From Thermoanaerobaculia bacterium (GTDB lineage: Bacteria; Acidobacteriota; Thermoanaerobaculia; Multivoradales; JAGPDF01), in NCBI GenBank assembly GCA_036397015.1, contig DASWJT010000134.1:13411-77410 (forward strand): a stretch of 64,000 nucleotides of DNA. Direction: 5' to 3'. Positions 33,616 through 46,707 of the stretch are shown piece by piece. A program made the position numbers and the translations under genes. Numbering within the stretch: position 1 is the stretch's first letter; each line of letters opens with the position of its first letter. Under the pieces are notes generated by a model. It was not told the DNA's origin and did not search any database. It saw only the letters and a program-made list of their open reading frames with translations.

Positions 33616-33713
33616 CTACCGGCTCGCCTTGCCGCAGCCAACGGCGAGGGGCCCCGGCCGGCGGGGCCGAGCCGACGGGCAATCTCGCCGCGCCGGCGCT
33701 CCCGGTTCCCTTC

Positions 33714-35129
<1,416 letters not shown>

Positions 35130-35196
35130 ACCCCGGGCCGCCCGTCCGCCCCGCCGCCCGCCCGCAGCCCTTGCTCGAGAAAGGTTTACGCCGGCG

Positions 35197-35524
35197 TTGA
35201 CATCGCGCCGAACGTTGCACAGACTCCTGTGCATTCGACCGCGGCCCCGCGGGGGCGCCGCGGCGGCGAGGCGGGCTCGGGCGGCCCGCGGCGCCGGGCG
35301 GGGTTGGGTCCCGCCGGGTTCGCGCCCAGACAAGGAGGTGATCCAGTGAGTTCGAGCAACAAACCTGGCTTCGTGGAGGTGGCGTCCTCCTAGAAGGAAC
35401 CTCCTGGGGCGGATGAAGTGGCCCGAGGTTGAGCTTCCCGAGTTGTGAGGGACAGCCCAACGCCACCGACACGAAACCCCGAGGCCCCGGAGCGCGCAAC
35501 GCGCTCCGGGGCCTCGTTGTCTTC
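35197..35524 (+). other. Candidate orphan transcription unit: sigma70-like promoter, GC-rich leader, 15-nt extended Shine-Dalgarno, two micro-ORFs (15 and 11 codons), terminator
   Basis: TTGACA (35197-35202), 17 nt, then CAGACT (35220-35225). AAGGAGGTGATCCAG at 35332-35346. GTG-initiated ORF at 35346-35393 (MSSSNKPGFVEVASS). ATG ORF at 35413-35448 (MKWPEVELPEL). Hairpin at 35481-35515. No expression evidence. Confidence 0.3.
35481..35524. terminator. Perfect 16-bp GC-rich hairpin (3-nt loop), potentially a bidirectional terminator between the orphan unit and the PCD gene
   Basis: GAGGCCCCGGAGCGCG-CAA-CGCGCTCCGGGGCCTC. It is followed by GTTGTCTTC on the + strand and GGGGTTTCGT on the - strand; both T-tracts are weak. 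Confidence 0.55.
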
Positions 35525-35595
35525 GCCGATTCTCGACGGTCCCGGCGAGACGCCAGCCGATTCTCCGCTTCGCCGTCCGGTTCGCTCGCCGCAGC

Positions 35596-35940
35596 TCAGG
35601 CGGCGAGCGCCGCGTCGAACTTGGCGGCGAGGACGAAGTCGGACTCGGTCAGGCCGTCGATCTTGTGCGTCCAGATCTCGATCCGCACCTTGCCCCAGGT
35701 CAGGTGGATGTCGGGGTGGTGGCCCTGCTCCTCGGCGATCGCACCGACGCGGTTCACGAAGGCGAGCGCTTGGGCGAAGTCGGGGAAGCGGTACTCCTTG
35801 TCGAGATGGTGCGCCTCGACGGCGCGCCAGCCGTTCGGGCCGAGCTCGGCGAGCAGGCGCTCGATCTCGGCGCCGGCGAGCGGCGGCACGCCGCCTCGGC
35901 ACGTCACGCAGGACTTGGCGGCGAGACTGGACGGGGACAT
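35596..35940 (-). CDS. Pterin-4-alpha-carbinolamine dehydratase (PCD/DCoH family)
   Basis: 114 aa with the conserved core EEQGHHPDIHLTWGKVRIEIWTHKIDGLTESDF. Confidence 0.85.
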   Translation of the reverse strand: MSPSSLAAKSCVTCRGGVPPLAGAEIERLLAELGPNGWRAVEAHHLDKEYRFPDFAQALAFVNRVGAIAEEQGHHPDIHLTWGKVRIEIWTHKIDGLTESDFVLAAKFDAALAA

Positions 35941-35951
35941 GGCGGATCCTC

Positions 35952-36722
35952 CTAGGCGCTCTTGCTCTTCAGGCGCGCGACGAGCGCGGCGAGCGCGGTC
36001 TGCGTTGCGGGCGAGAACCAGTCGTCGACGAACGAATTCCAGGTCGCCTGCTGCTCCGCGGCGAAAATCGCCGCCAGGTCGCGGCGAGCGAGCGCGCGGG
36101 TGCGATACATCGCCGTCGGCGGCAGGACGAGGTAGTCGCGGGCGATCTCGACGGCGCGCTCGACGACCGACGCGGGCGCCACGAGCTCGTCGACCAGGCC
36201 GATGGCGCGCGCCTCCTCGGCGGAGACGAGCAGGCCGCGCACGCCCAGTCGCTCCGCCTGCCGGCGGCCGACGACGCGCACGAGCACCGAGTGCAACGAT
36301 TGCGGCAGCGGGATGCCGACGCGCACCTCATTGAGCCCGATGCGGAAATCCCCCGCCGCCATCACGCGGTGGTCGCAGTGGATGGCGAGCACCGCGCCGC
36401 CGGCGGGAGCGTGGCCGGTGATCGCCGCGACGACGGGGATCTCGGAGAGCGCCAGGCTGCGCAGGAGCTCGAGGAACTCGCCGAGGAAGCCCGCCATCGC
36501 CTCGCGGTCGAGGCCGAGGAGCACCGGCACGTCGAGGCCGCCCGAGTACATCCCCGGCCGGCCGGAGAGCACGATCGCGCGCGCCCCCTCGCCGGGCGCC
36601 GCCGCGACCGCCGCGCGCAGCTCGGCGACGAGCGCCGGATCGAGCGCGTTGGCGGGCGGCCGGGCGAGGCGCAACTCGCGGACGTCGCCCCGGTCGTGGC
36701 GTTCGACGGACATCGTCGGCAT
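35952..36722 (-). CDS. Enoyl-CoA hydratase/isomerase (crotonase) family protein
   Basis: 256 aa from the ATG at 36722. Crotonase oxyanion region AAITGHAPAGGAVLAIHCDHRV. Only the tail of the 458-aa track ORF is coding. Confidence 0.8.
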   Translation of the reverse strand: MPTMSVERHDRGDVRELRLARPPANALDPALVAELRAAVAAAPGEGARAIVLSGRPGMYSGGLDVPVLLGLDREAMAGFLGEFLELLRSLALSEIPVVAAITGHAPAGGAVLAIHCDHRVMAAGDFRIGLNEVRVGIPLPQSLHSVLVRVVGRRQAERLGVRGLLVSAEEARAIGLVDELVAPASVVERAVEIARDYLVLPPTAMYRTRALARRDLAAIFAAEQQATWNSFVDDWFSPATQTALAALVARLKSKSA

Positions 36723-36742
36723 GCTAGCCGATCGCCTCGCGT

Positions 36743-37264
36743 TCAGCCCCGCAGGCCGTAGCGCTCGGCGAGGACGCGCAGGTGGTGCTCGACGTGGCCG
36801 GCGAGGATGAAGACGAGAGCGCGGAAGCTGACCGGCCAGCCGCCGGCGACGCCGGTGCGGCCGGCGGCGTCGGGCAGCAGCCGCCGGATGGCACGCAGGT
36901 TGGCATCGCGCATCGCCGTGAACTCCGCCAACGCCTCGGCGAGCGGGATCGCGTCGAAGCCGGCAGCGGCGACATAGCCATCCTGCTCGAAGCTCGCGAG
37001 CGGCGTCGCGTCGCCGTGGCCGATGCGGTAGGCGCGGTAGCCGAAGACCCGCTCGGCGTCGATCAGGTGGCCGAAGATCTCGCGCACGCTCCACTTGCCG
37101 GGCGCGTAGCGATCGCGCTCGCGCTCGCCGCCGGCCGCCGCGGCGAGCCGGGCGAGCCGGGCGGGCTGCGCTGCGAGCAGGGCGAGGACGTCGCCCGCCG
37201 GCACCGCGGCGACGTAACCCGCGAAGTACAGGTCGTGTTCGGCGGGGGCCGGACGCTCGAGCAT
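36743..37264 (-). CDS. DinB-family (DinB_2) protein
   Basis: 173 aa from the ATG at 37264 (MLERPAPAEHDLYF...). Motifs WSVREIFGHLIDAERVF and ILAGHVEHHLRVL. The track ORF's N-terminal extension runs into the tRNA and is an artefact. Confidence 0.7.
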   Translation of the reverse strand: MLERPAPAEHDLYFAGYVAAVPAGDVLALLAAQPARLARLAAAAGGERERDRYAPGKWSVREIFGHLIDAERVFGYRAYRIGHGDATPLASFEQDGYVAAAGFDAIPLAEALAEFTAMRDANLRAIRRLLPDAAGRTGVAGGWPVSFRALVFILAGHVEHHLRVLAERYGLRG

Positions 37265-37350
37265 CGAAGCCTCGCTTTCGGCGACGAGCGGCGACGGGCC
37301 CGCCACAAGAAGAACGGCCCCGGCGCATCGCCGGGGCCGCAACGATCGAT

Positions 37351-37425
37351 TGGCTCCTGGGGAGGGATTTGAACCCCCGACCAATCGGTTAACAGCCGAT
37401 CGCTCTACCGCTGAGCTACCCAGGA
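37351..37425 (-). tRNA. tRNA-Asn (anticodon GTT), CCA encoded
   Basis: The reverse complement folds as a cloverleaf: acceptor TCCTGGG/CCCAGGA, D-arm GCTC..GAGC, anticodon arm ATCGG-CTGTTAA-CCGAT, T-arm GGGGG-TTCAAAT-CCCTC, discriminator G, CCA. Confidence 0.9.
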
Positions 37426-37506
37426 AGGGAAACGCCCGCAGGCGCGGCGTCGAATCTTACCGGACGCTCGCGGAGAGTCAAAGGACGCCGGCGTCGTCGC
37501 AGGCGT

Positions 37507-39225
<1,719 letters not shown>

Positions 39226-39229
39226 AGAC

Positions 39230-41035
39230 TCACTCCAGGTCGGCTCCGCGCGCGCTCACGCCGTGCAACTCGTCGTTGATGTCGTGTTTCTCGGCGATCA
39301 GCCCCGCCAGGCGATCCCGGTTCCCCTGGCGCTCTGCCTCGGAGACCTCCCGATTCAGCTCGCGGAGTCGGCTCTTCAGCCACCGCCGCCTGAGGTTGCG
39401 GAGCGCCTCCGCACTCGGCACGACGGCCGAATCCTCTGATTCTAGCAGCAGATGCGCCGCCCTCTCGTCGGCACCCTCCTCGTCGCCGACCGCGGCGAGC
39501 ACCGCGGCGAGGGTCGTCTCCCGCCCCTGGTCATAAAGACTGCGAAAGGCGACGAAAAATTTCCTCAGGCCGAGATCGAGGAAGGCGGCCGGGGGCGGCA
39601 GCTCCGCCGGGCTCGGCAGCGCCAGCCCCCGCTCCGCGGCGAGGAGCAGGCCGCGCAACGCCTCCTCCTCGGCCCGCCGGCCGGGGGTCGGGCCCGACTC
39701 CGCCGGCGCCGGAGCGAGCGCCGCGCGGATCGCCTCGCGCCCGATCCCGACGCGCTGCCAGACGAGCTGGGCGGGCACGCCGAGCCGGTCGGCGGCGGCG
39801 CGCGCGTAGCCGTAGCGCACGATCGGATCGGGGATCGCCAACAGCAGCTCGCTCACCCGCTTGCCGGCCTGCGCGCGGGCCGCCGGGTTGCGGTGCAGAT
39901 CGGCCGGCGCCGCGCGCTCGAGCTCGAGCAGCACGAGGTCCTCCGCCTCGTCGCAGGCGGCGCGCACGGCGCTGTCGCCGGCCGAGCGGCGCAGCGAGTC
40001 CGGATCTTCGCCGGCCGGCAGACGCATGCGGCGCGCGGCGAGGCCCTGGGCGAGGAGCAGCGGCAGCGCCCGCCGCGCCGCCGTCTCGCCGGCTTCGTCG
40101 CCGTCGTAGCCGACGACGACCTCGTCGGCGAAGCGGGCCAGCAGCCGCGCCTGCTCGGGCGTGAGCGCCGTGCCCATGCTCGCCACCGCGGTGTCGAGCC
40201 CGGCCGCCACCGCGGCCAGCACGTCGAGGTAGCCCTCGACGAGCAGCGCCCGCCGCGTCTCGCGCAACGGCCGCTTGGCGAGCTCGAGGCCGTAGAGGAG
40301 CTCCCCTTTTCGAAAGCGCTCGGTCTCGGCCGTGTTGACGTACTTGGCGGCGTCGTCGCCGAGCGTGCGGCCGCCGAAGCCGACCAGACGCCCGGCGGCG
40401 TTGCGGATCGGGAAGATCAGGCGATGGCGGAAGCGGTCGTAGGGCTCGCCGCCGCCGTCGGGCCGCGCCGCCAGGCCGACCTCGATCAGGTCGCCGGCCG
40501 AGAAGCGGGCGTTCATCGCGCCGAGCAGGTTGCGCCAGCCCTCGGGCGCATAGCCGAGGCCGTAGCGCTCGACGAGCTGGCGCGGGATCTGGCGCCGCTC
40601 GAGGTAGGCGCGCGCCGCCTCCGCGCGCGCCAGCTGGTCGACGAACCACTCGGCGGCGGCCGAGAGCACCGCCTCGGGGTCGCGCTCGGCGGCGGCGCGG
40701 GCCCGCGAGCCGCGGTGGGCCGCGGCGGGCGCCGGCAGCGGCACGCCGAAGCGCCCGGCGAGCGCCTCCATGGCGCCGGCGAAATCGTCGCCGGTCAGTA
40801 GCATGTGGAGCTTGATCGCGTCGCCGCCGGCGCCGCAGCCGAAGCACTTGAAGAAGCCGAGCTCCGCGTCGACGTGGAACGACGGCGTCTTCTCCTTGTG
40901 CAGCGGACAGAGGCCCTTCCACTTGCGCCCGGCCCGCGAGAGCTTGGTGTAGGCCGAGGCGATCTCGACGACGTCGATCGCGTCACGCACCGCCTGCACG
41001 AACTGCGGCGTGAGCTGGATGTGGGAGAGCTTCAT
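39230..41035 (-). CDS. dnaG: DNA primase DnaG
   Basis: 601 aa. Zinc-ribbon [13 protein letters not shown]...[11 protein letters not shown], followed by a TOPRIM region (EGYLDVL..., DGDEAG). Confidence 0.9.
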   Translation of the reverse strand: MKLSHIQLTPQFVQAVRDAIDVVEIASAYTKLSRAGRKWKGLCPLHKEKTPSFHVDAELGFFKCFGCGAGGDAIKLHMLLTGDDFAGAMEALAGRFGVPLPAPAAAHRGSRARAAAERDPEAVLSAAAEWFVDQLARAEAARAYLERRQIPRQLVERYGLGYAPEGWRNLLGAMNARFSAGDLIEVGLAARPDGGGEPYDRFRHRLIFPIRNAAGRLVGFGGRTLGDDAAKYVNTAETERFRKGELLYGLELAKRPLRETRRALLVEGYLDVLAAVAAGLDTAVASMGTALTPEQARLLARFADEVVVGYDGDEAGETAARRALPLLLAQGLAARRMRLPAGEDPDSLRRSAGDSAVRAACDEAEDLVLLELERAAPADLHRNPAARAQAGKRVSELLLAIPDPIVRYGYARAAADRLGVPAQLVWQRVGIGREAIRAALAPAPAESGPTPGRRAEEEALRGLLLAAERGLALPSPAELPPPAAFLDLGLRKFFVAFRSLYDQGRETTLAAVLAAVGDEEGADERAAHLLLESEDSAVVPSAEALRNLRRRWLKSRLRELNREVSEAERQGNRDRLAGLIAEKHDINDELHGVSARGADLE

Positions 41036-41072
41036 GGCGGCGCGGGGCCCGACTCTACGACGGCGAGCGCGC

Positions 41073-43454
<2,382 letters not shown>

Positions 43455-43473
43455 CGGAGGGGCTCCGGGCGCA

Positions 43474-43510
43474 ACGAAAAACGGGACCGGAGTCGCGCGA
43501 CCCCGGCCCC
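43474..43510 (-). terminator. Rho-independent terminator-like hairpin downstream of rpsU
   Basis: The minus strand reads GGGGCCGGGGTC-GCGC-GACTCCGGTCCC (12-bp stem with two G-U pairs) followed by GTTTTTCGTT. Confidence 0.5.
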
Positions 43511-43545
43511 GTCGGAAGCGACGATGCGGTCGGCGGACCGCCGAC

Positions 43546-43755
43546 TCAGATGAGGCCGAGCCGGCGCTCCTCGGCGACCTTGCGCAACATCTTCTTGCGC
43601 GCCTGGATCGCCTTGCGCTTGCGCTTGACCGAGGGCTTCTCGAAATGCTGGCGCTTCTTGAGCTCGGTCAGAACGCCGGCTTTCTCGCACTTGCGCTTGA
43701 AGCGGCGCAGCGCGTTTTCGAAGCTCTCCTCCTCACGCACGTGGACGATGGGCAC
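43546..43755 (-). CDS. rpsU: 30S ribosomal protein S21
   Basis: 69 aa with a GTG start preceded by GAGGTGAT. Conserved S21 sequence ([20 protein letters not shown]...KPSVKRKRK). Confidence 0.92.
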   Translation of the reverse strand: MPIVHVREEESFENALRRFKRKCEKAGVLTELKKRQHFEKPSVKRKRKAIQARKKMLRKVAEERRLGLI

Positions 43756-43825
43756 TAACTATCACCTCGTTTCGTCTGCGGTCGAACCGGCCGGGCCGGT
43801 GCGCAGACCCCCAGCGGGGTCAAAT

Positions 43826-43855
43826 AGTCTACGACCTCCGCGGCGATGTGGTCAA
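43826..43855 (-). promoter_or_regulatory. Putative sigma70 promoter of rpsU (-35 TTGACC, 18 nt, -10 TAGACT)
   Basis: Hexamers read on the minus strand about 70 nt upstream of the rpsU start. Sequence match only. Confidence 0.4.
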
Positions 43856-43870
43856 CGTGCGGAATTCGCT

Positions 43871-44599
43871 CTACTGGCCGTCGGCCTGCTTGACGGCGTC
43901 GAAGTCGGTCGAGTAGACGCTCTTCTTGTCGTTGAAGAAGACGCCCGCCGCCTCGCCGGCCTCGTTCTTGGGATAGAACCAGGCCGAGACTTTCTTCTCC
44001 GGGTAGTCCCGGACGTTGCGCGCCAGCGGCCGGCCGAGCGCGGCGATCACCTCGCCCTCCGTCATCCCCTTGCTGACTTGCGCGAACCGCTCGCGAGTCA
44101 TGTAGCGCCGGGCTTCGGCATCGGCGCGCGCCGACTCGAGCGCCGGATTGTCGGGATCGACGGCGAGCGCCGAGTTGTAGATGTCGATGGCGCGTCGATA
44201 GTCGCCGCCGAGCTCGATGAACTCCTTGGCGATGACGATGTCCTCGCCGCTCTTCAGACGAATGGCCGCGAGCTGCTCGGGCTTCATCGCCTCGCCCACG
44301 AGCGGCGGATCGGCGTTGATGAACGTGGCGAGACGCGAGCCGAGATCGTCCGAGAGCCGGGTCACCTCGTTGTTCGCCGTGGTCATCGCGGCGGCGACGT
44401 CGCCGCCGGCGGCCGCCTGCTCGCGCAGCGAGGCGAGCTCCTCGCGCTTGGCGTCGAGCTGCTGCTTCACGCTCTCGATGGCCGTCCATTCCTTCTGCCG
44501 ACTCGCCGCGTCGAGCGAGCCGCCGCCTTCGCCGCCGCGCTCGCCGCAAGCGATCGCCAGCGCCACCGCGGCGACTGCCATCCACTTCGTACGCTTCAT
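43871..44599 (-). CDS. Lipoprotein of unknown function (coiled-coil/TPR-like middle, SmpA/OmlA(BamE)-like C-terminus)
   Basis: 242 aa. Signal peptide with lipobox LAIAC. SD GGGAGAAGG. The C-terminal block GMTEGEVIAALGRP...WFYP...VFFNDKKSV resembles the BamE fold family. Confidence 0.6.
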   Translation of the reverse strand: MKRTKWMAVAAVALAIACGERGGEGGGSLDAASRQKEWTAIESVKQQLDAKREELASLREQAAAGGDVAAAMTTANNEVTRLSDDLGSRLATFINADPPLVGEAMKPEQLAAIRLKSGEDIVIAKEFIELGGDYRRAIDIYNSALAVDPDNPALESARADAEARRYMTRERFAQVSKGMTEGEVIAALGRPLARNVRDYPEKKVSAWFYPKNEAGEAAGVFFNDKKSVYSTDFDAVKQADGQ

Positions 44600-44723
44600 C
44601 GGCCTTCTCCCTTGAAGATTCGAATGCTCGGGCGCCCAAACGTAGCACAGCGGCAGCGACCGGCATAGCCCCGCGGCGTCGATTCAAGTCGTTGCCGCGG
44701 AGCGATTTGCGAATCGCCGCGCC

Positions 44724-44752
44724 TTGACGCCGGGGGGTGGTGACCGGATAAT
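44724..44752 (+). promoter_or_regulatory. Strong sigma70-like promoter (-35 TTGACG, 17 nt, -10 GATAAT)
   Basis: Hexamers at 44724-44729 and 44747-44752, about 50 nt upstream of the ATG at 44802. Flanked by the related elements CGATTTGCGAA (44703-44713) and CGATTCGCGAA (44756-44766). Confidence 0.5.
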
Positions 44753-44801
44753 CATCGATTCGCGAAGCTCGTTGCGCAACGCGTTCGAGGAGGAATCCGG
44801 C

Positions 44802-46700
44802 ATGGCGCTACCCCCCCACCTCGCGGACCTCGAGAGCCGGCTGGCGAGCCGTTTCGCCGAGGCCATCGCCGAGTTCCGTCGCGCCGTCGAGGCGCAGCTG
44901 CGGCGCGAGAGCGAGCGCTGGCTCGGCGGCCTCGCCGACGTCCCGGCCCCCGCGGCCGCCGACTGGCTCGCCGCGAGCGACGTCGCGAGCCTCGACCTCG
45001 TCCCCAAGCAGGAGGCCGCGCGCGACGCGCTCGCTCGGCTGGCCGCGGCGCTGCGCGCGCTCGACCTCGCCGGCTCGCAAGCCGAGGCGCTCGACGCCCT
45101 CCTCGACGGCGCGCGCGGTTGGGCCGATCGGGTAGCGCTCGTGCTGGCGCGCGACCAGGGCCTCGCCGGCTGGGGTGACCGCGGCTTCGGCGAGGAGTCG
45201 CTCGCCGGCCGCGAGCTCGAGTGGGACACGACGCTGCGCGAGCGCCTGCTCGCCTCGCGCGGCTGCCTGCGCCTCGACGCCGAGGCGGCGGGCGAGGTAC
45301 TCGAGCGCTTCGGCGTCGCCGCCGGCGGCGACGCCGTCGTCGTGCCCATGGTCTTGCGCGACCGCATCGCGGCGCTGGTGTGGGCCGACCGCGCCGAGGG
45401 CGAGCTCGAGCTCGCGCCGCTGCAGATCCTCGTCCACGCCGCCGGTCAGCGGCTCGAGCTGCAGGCGCTCTCGGATCGAGCCTACTCGCCGACGCTCTGG
45501 GAGGGCGCCGAGGCCCCCGGCGAGCCCCTGCCGCTGTGGACCGTCCTCGCGCCGGCCCCCGTCGCGGAGGCGAGCGCCGAGGTCGCGGCCCAGCCCCCGG
45601 TCGAGGGCGCGGAGGAGGATCTCGGAGCGGAGCTCTGGCAGGCGGAGGAGCCCGCGAGCGCCGAAGAGCCGCTCGCCGGCTCGCCCGCGGCGGCGTTCGC
45701 CGAAACGACGGCCGAGCTCCCGGCGGGCGCGGCGACGTACGTCGAGATCTCAGAGCACGCCGGCGCCGTCGGCGAGGTCGCGCCGCCCGAGAGCGCCGCC
45801 GAGCGCGACCTGGCGCGCGAGCCGCAGCCCGAGTTCGAGCTCGAGAGCGCTGCGCCGCTGCCCGACGAGGCCGCGGAGGCGGCGCTCTGGGAGCCCGCCC
45901 CCGCCGACGCGGCGGAGGCCGAGCCGGTCGCCGAGACCGCCGCGTTCGAGGCTCTGCCCGCGGCGCCCCCGGCGCCCGGGTGGGAGGCGGAGCCCGAGCC
46001 GGCGCCCGCGCCCGCGGCCGACATCGAGGCGCCGCGGGAGGACCTCCTCGGCACCGTGCGCATGGCGCTGCCGGCATTCGAATCGCTCGCGGCGCCCGCC
46101 GCGGAGACGACGGCGCCGTATCCCGTCGTCGAAGCGGCCGCCCTGCCCGCGAGCCCCGCCGGGACGCAAGAGATCGCGGCGCCGCCACCCGACGCCGCGG
46201 CCGAAGCGAGCGAGGAGGCGACCCACCTCTCGCTGCGCCGGCCACCGATTCCGGAGGTCCCGGCGTCGCCCCCGCCCCCGGCGCCGCCGACCTGGAGCTC
46301 GGCTCCACCGGCCGCGCCGAGCGCCGAGGAGCACCCGATGGACCGCACCGGGTCGCGCTTCGGACGCTCGACCGAGGTCGCCCCGCCGCCCGACGTCTCG
46401 GGGCCGGGGCTCGCCTTCCTCGCCGGGCGCGCCGGCCGCTCGTCGAGCGAGCCGGCGCACGATGAGGCGAAGCGGCTGGCGCGGCTGCTCATCTCCGAGA
46501 TCCGCCTCTACAACGAGGAGCAGGTGCTCGAGGGTCGACGCAACCGCGACCTCTATCACCGCTTGCGCGAAGACATCGATCGCTCGCGGCAGATCTACGA
46601 CGAGCGCGTCGACGCGGCGGTGCGCAACGAAGTCGACTACTTCCAGCAGGAGCTCGTGCGCAGCCTCGCCGGCGGCGATCCGCGCGTCCTCGGCATCTGA
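44802..46700 (+). CDS. Hypothetical protein: GAF-like N-domain, ~300-aa acidic Pro/Ala/Glu-rich disordered linker, conserved helical C-terminal domain
   Basis: ATG at 44802 after GAGGAGGAA, giving 632 aa. The C-terminal block is HDEAKRLARLLISEIRLYNEEQVLEGRRNRDLYHRLREDIDRSRQIYDERV. High GC3 throughout. Confidence 0.65.
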   Translation: MALPPHLADLESRLASRFAEAIAEFRRAVEAQLRRESERWLGGLADVPAPAAADWLAASDVASLDLVPKQEAARDALARLAAALRALDLAGSQAEALDALLDGARGWADRVALVLARDQGLAGWGDRGFGEESLAGRELEWDTTLRERLLASRGCLRLDAEAAGEVLERFGVAAGGDAVVVPMVLRDRIAALVWADRAEGELELAPLQILVHAAGQRLELQALSDRAYSPTLWEGAEAPGEPLPLWTVLAPAPVAEASAEVAAQPPVEGAEEDLGAELWQAEEPASAEEPLAGSPAAAFAETTAELPAGAATYVEISEHAGAVGEVAPPESAAERDLAREPQPEFELESAAPLPDEAAEAALWEPAPADAAEAEPVAETAAFEALPAAPPAPGWEAEPEPAPAPAADIEAPREDLLGTVRMALPAFESLAAPAAETTAPYPVVEAAALPASPAGTQEIAAPPPDAAAEASEEATHLSLRRPPIPEVPASPPPPAPPTWSSAPPAAPSAEEHPMDRTGSRFGRSTEVAPPPDVSGPGLAFLAGRAGRSSSEPAHDEAKRLARLLISEIRLYNEEQVLEGRRNRDLYHRLREDIDRSRQIYDERVDAAVRNEVDYFQQELVRSLAGGDPRVLGI

Positions 46701-46707
46701 TGCGCGC

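Noticed and set aside
35332-35346. Minus-strand match to the 16S rRNA 3' terminus as evidence of an rRNA gene or fragment
   Set aside because: Only 15 nt match, and the flanking sequence bears no resemblance to 16S helix 45. I treated it as an extended SD / anti-SD mimic instead.
35525-35565. Recurrence of GCCGATTC-type motifs (35525, 35556, 24181, 61215, 61253 and others) as a dispersed element
   Set aside because: An 8-mer of this composition is expected about once per strand in 64 kb. Several further copies lie inside genes as Ala-Asp-Ser codons. The enrichment is too weak to support a claim without genome-wide statistics.
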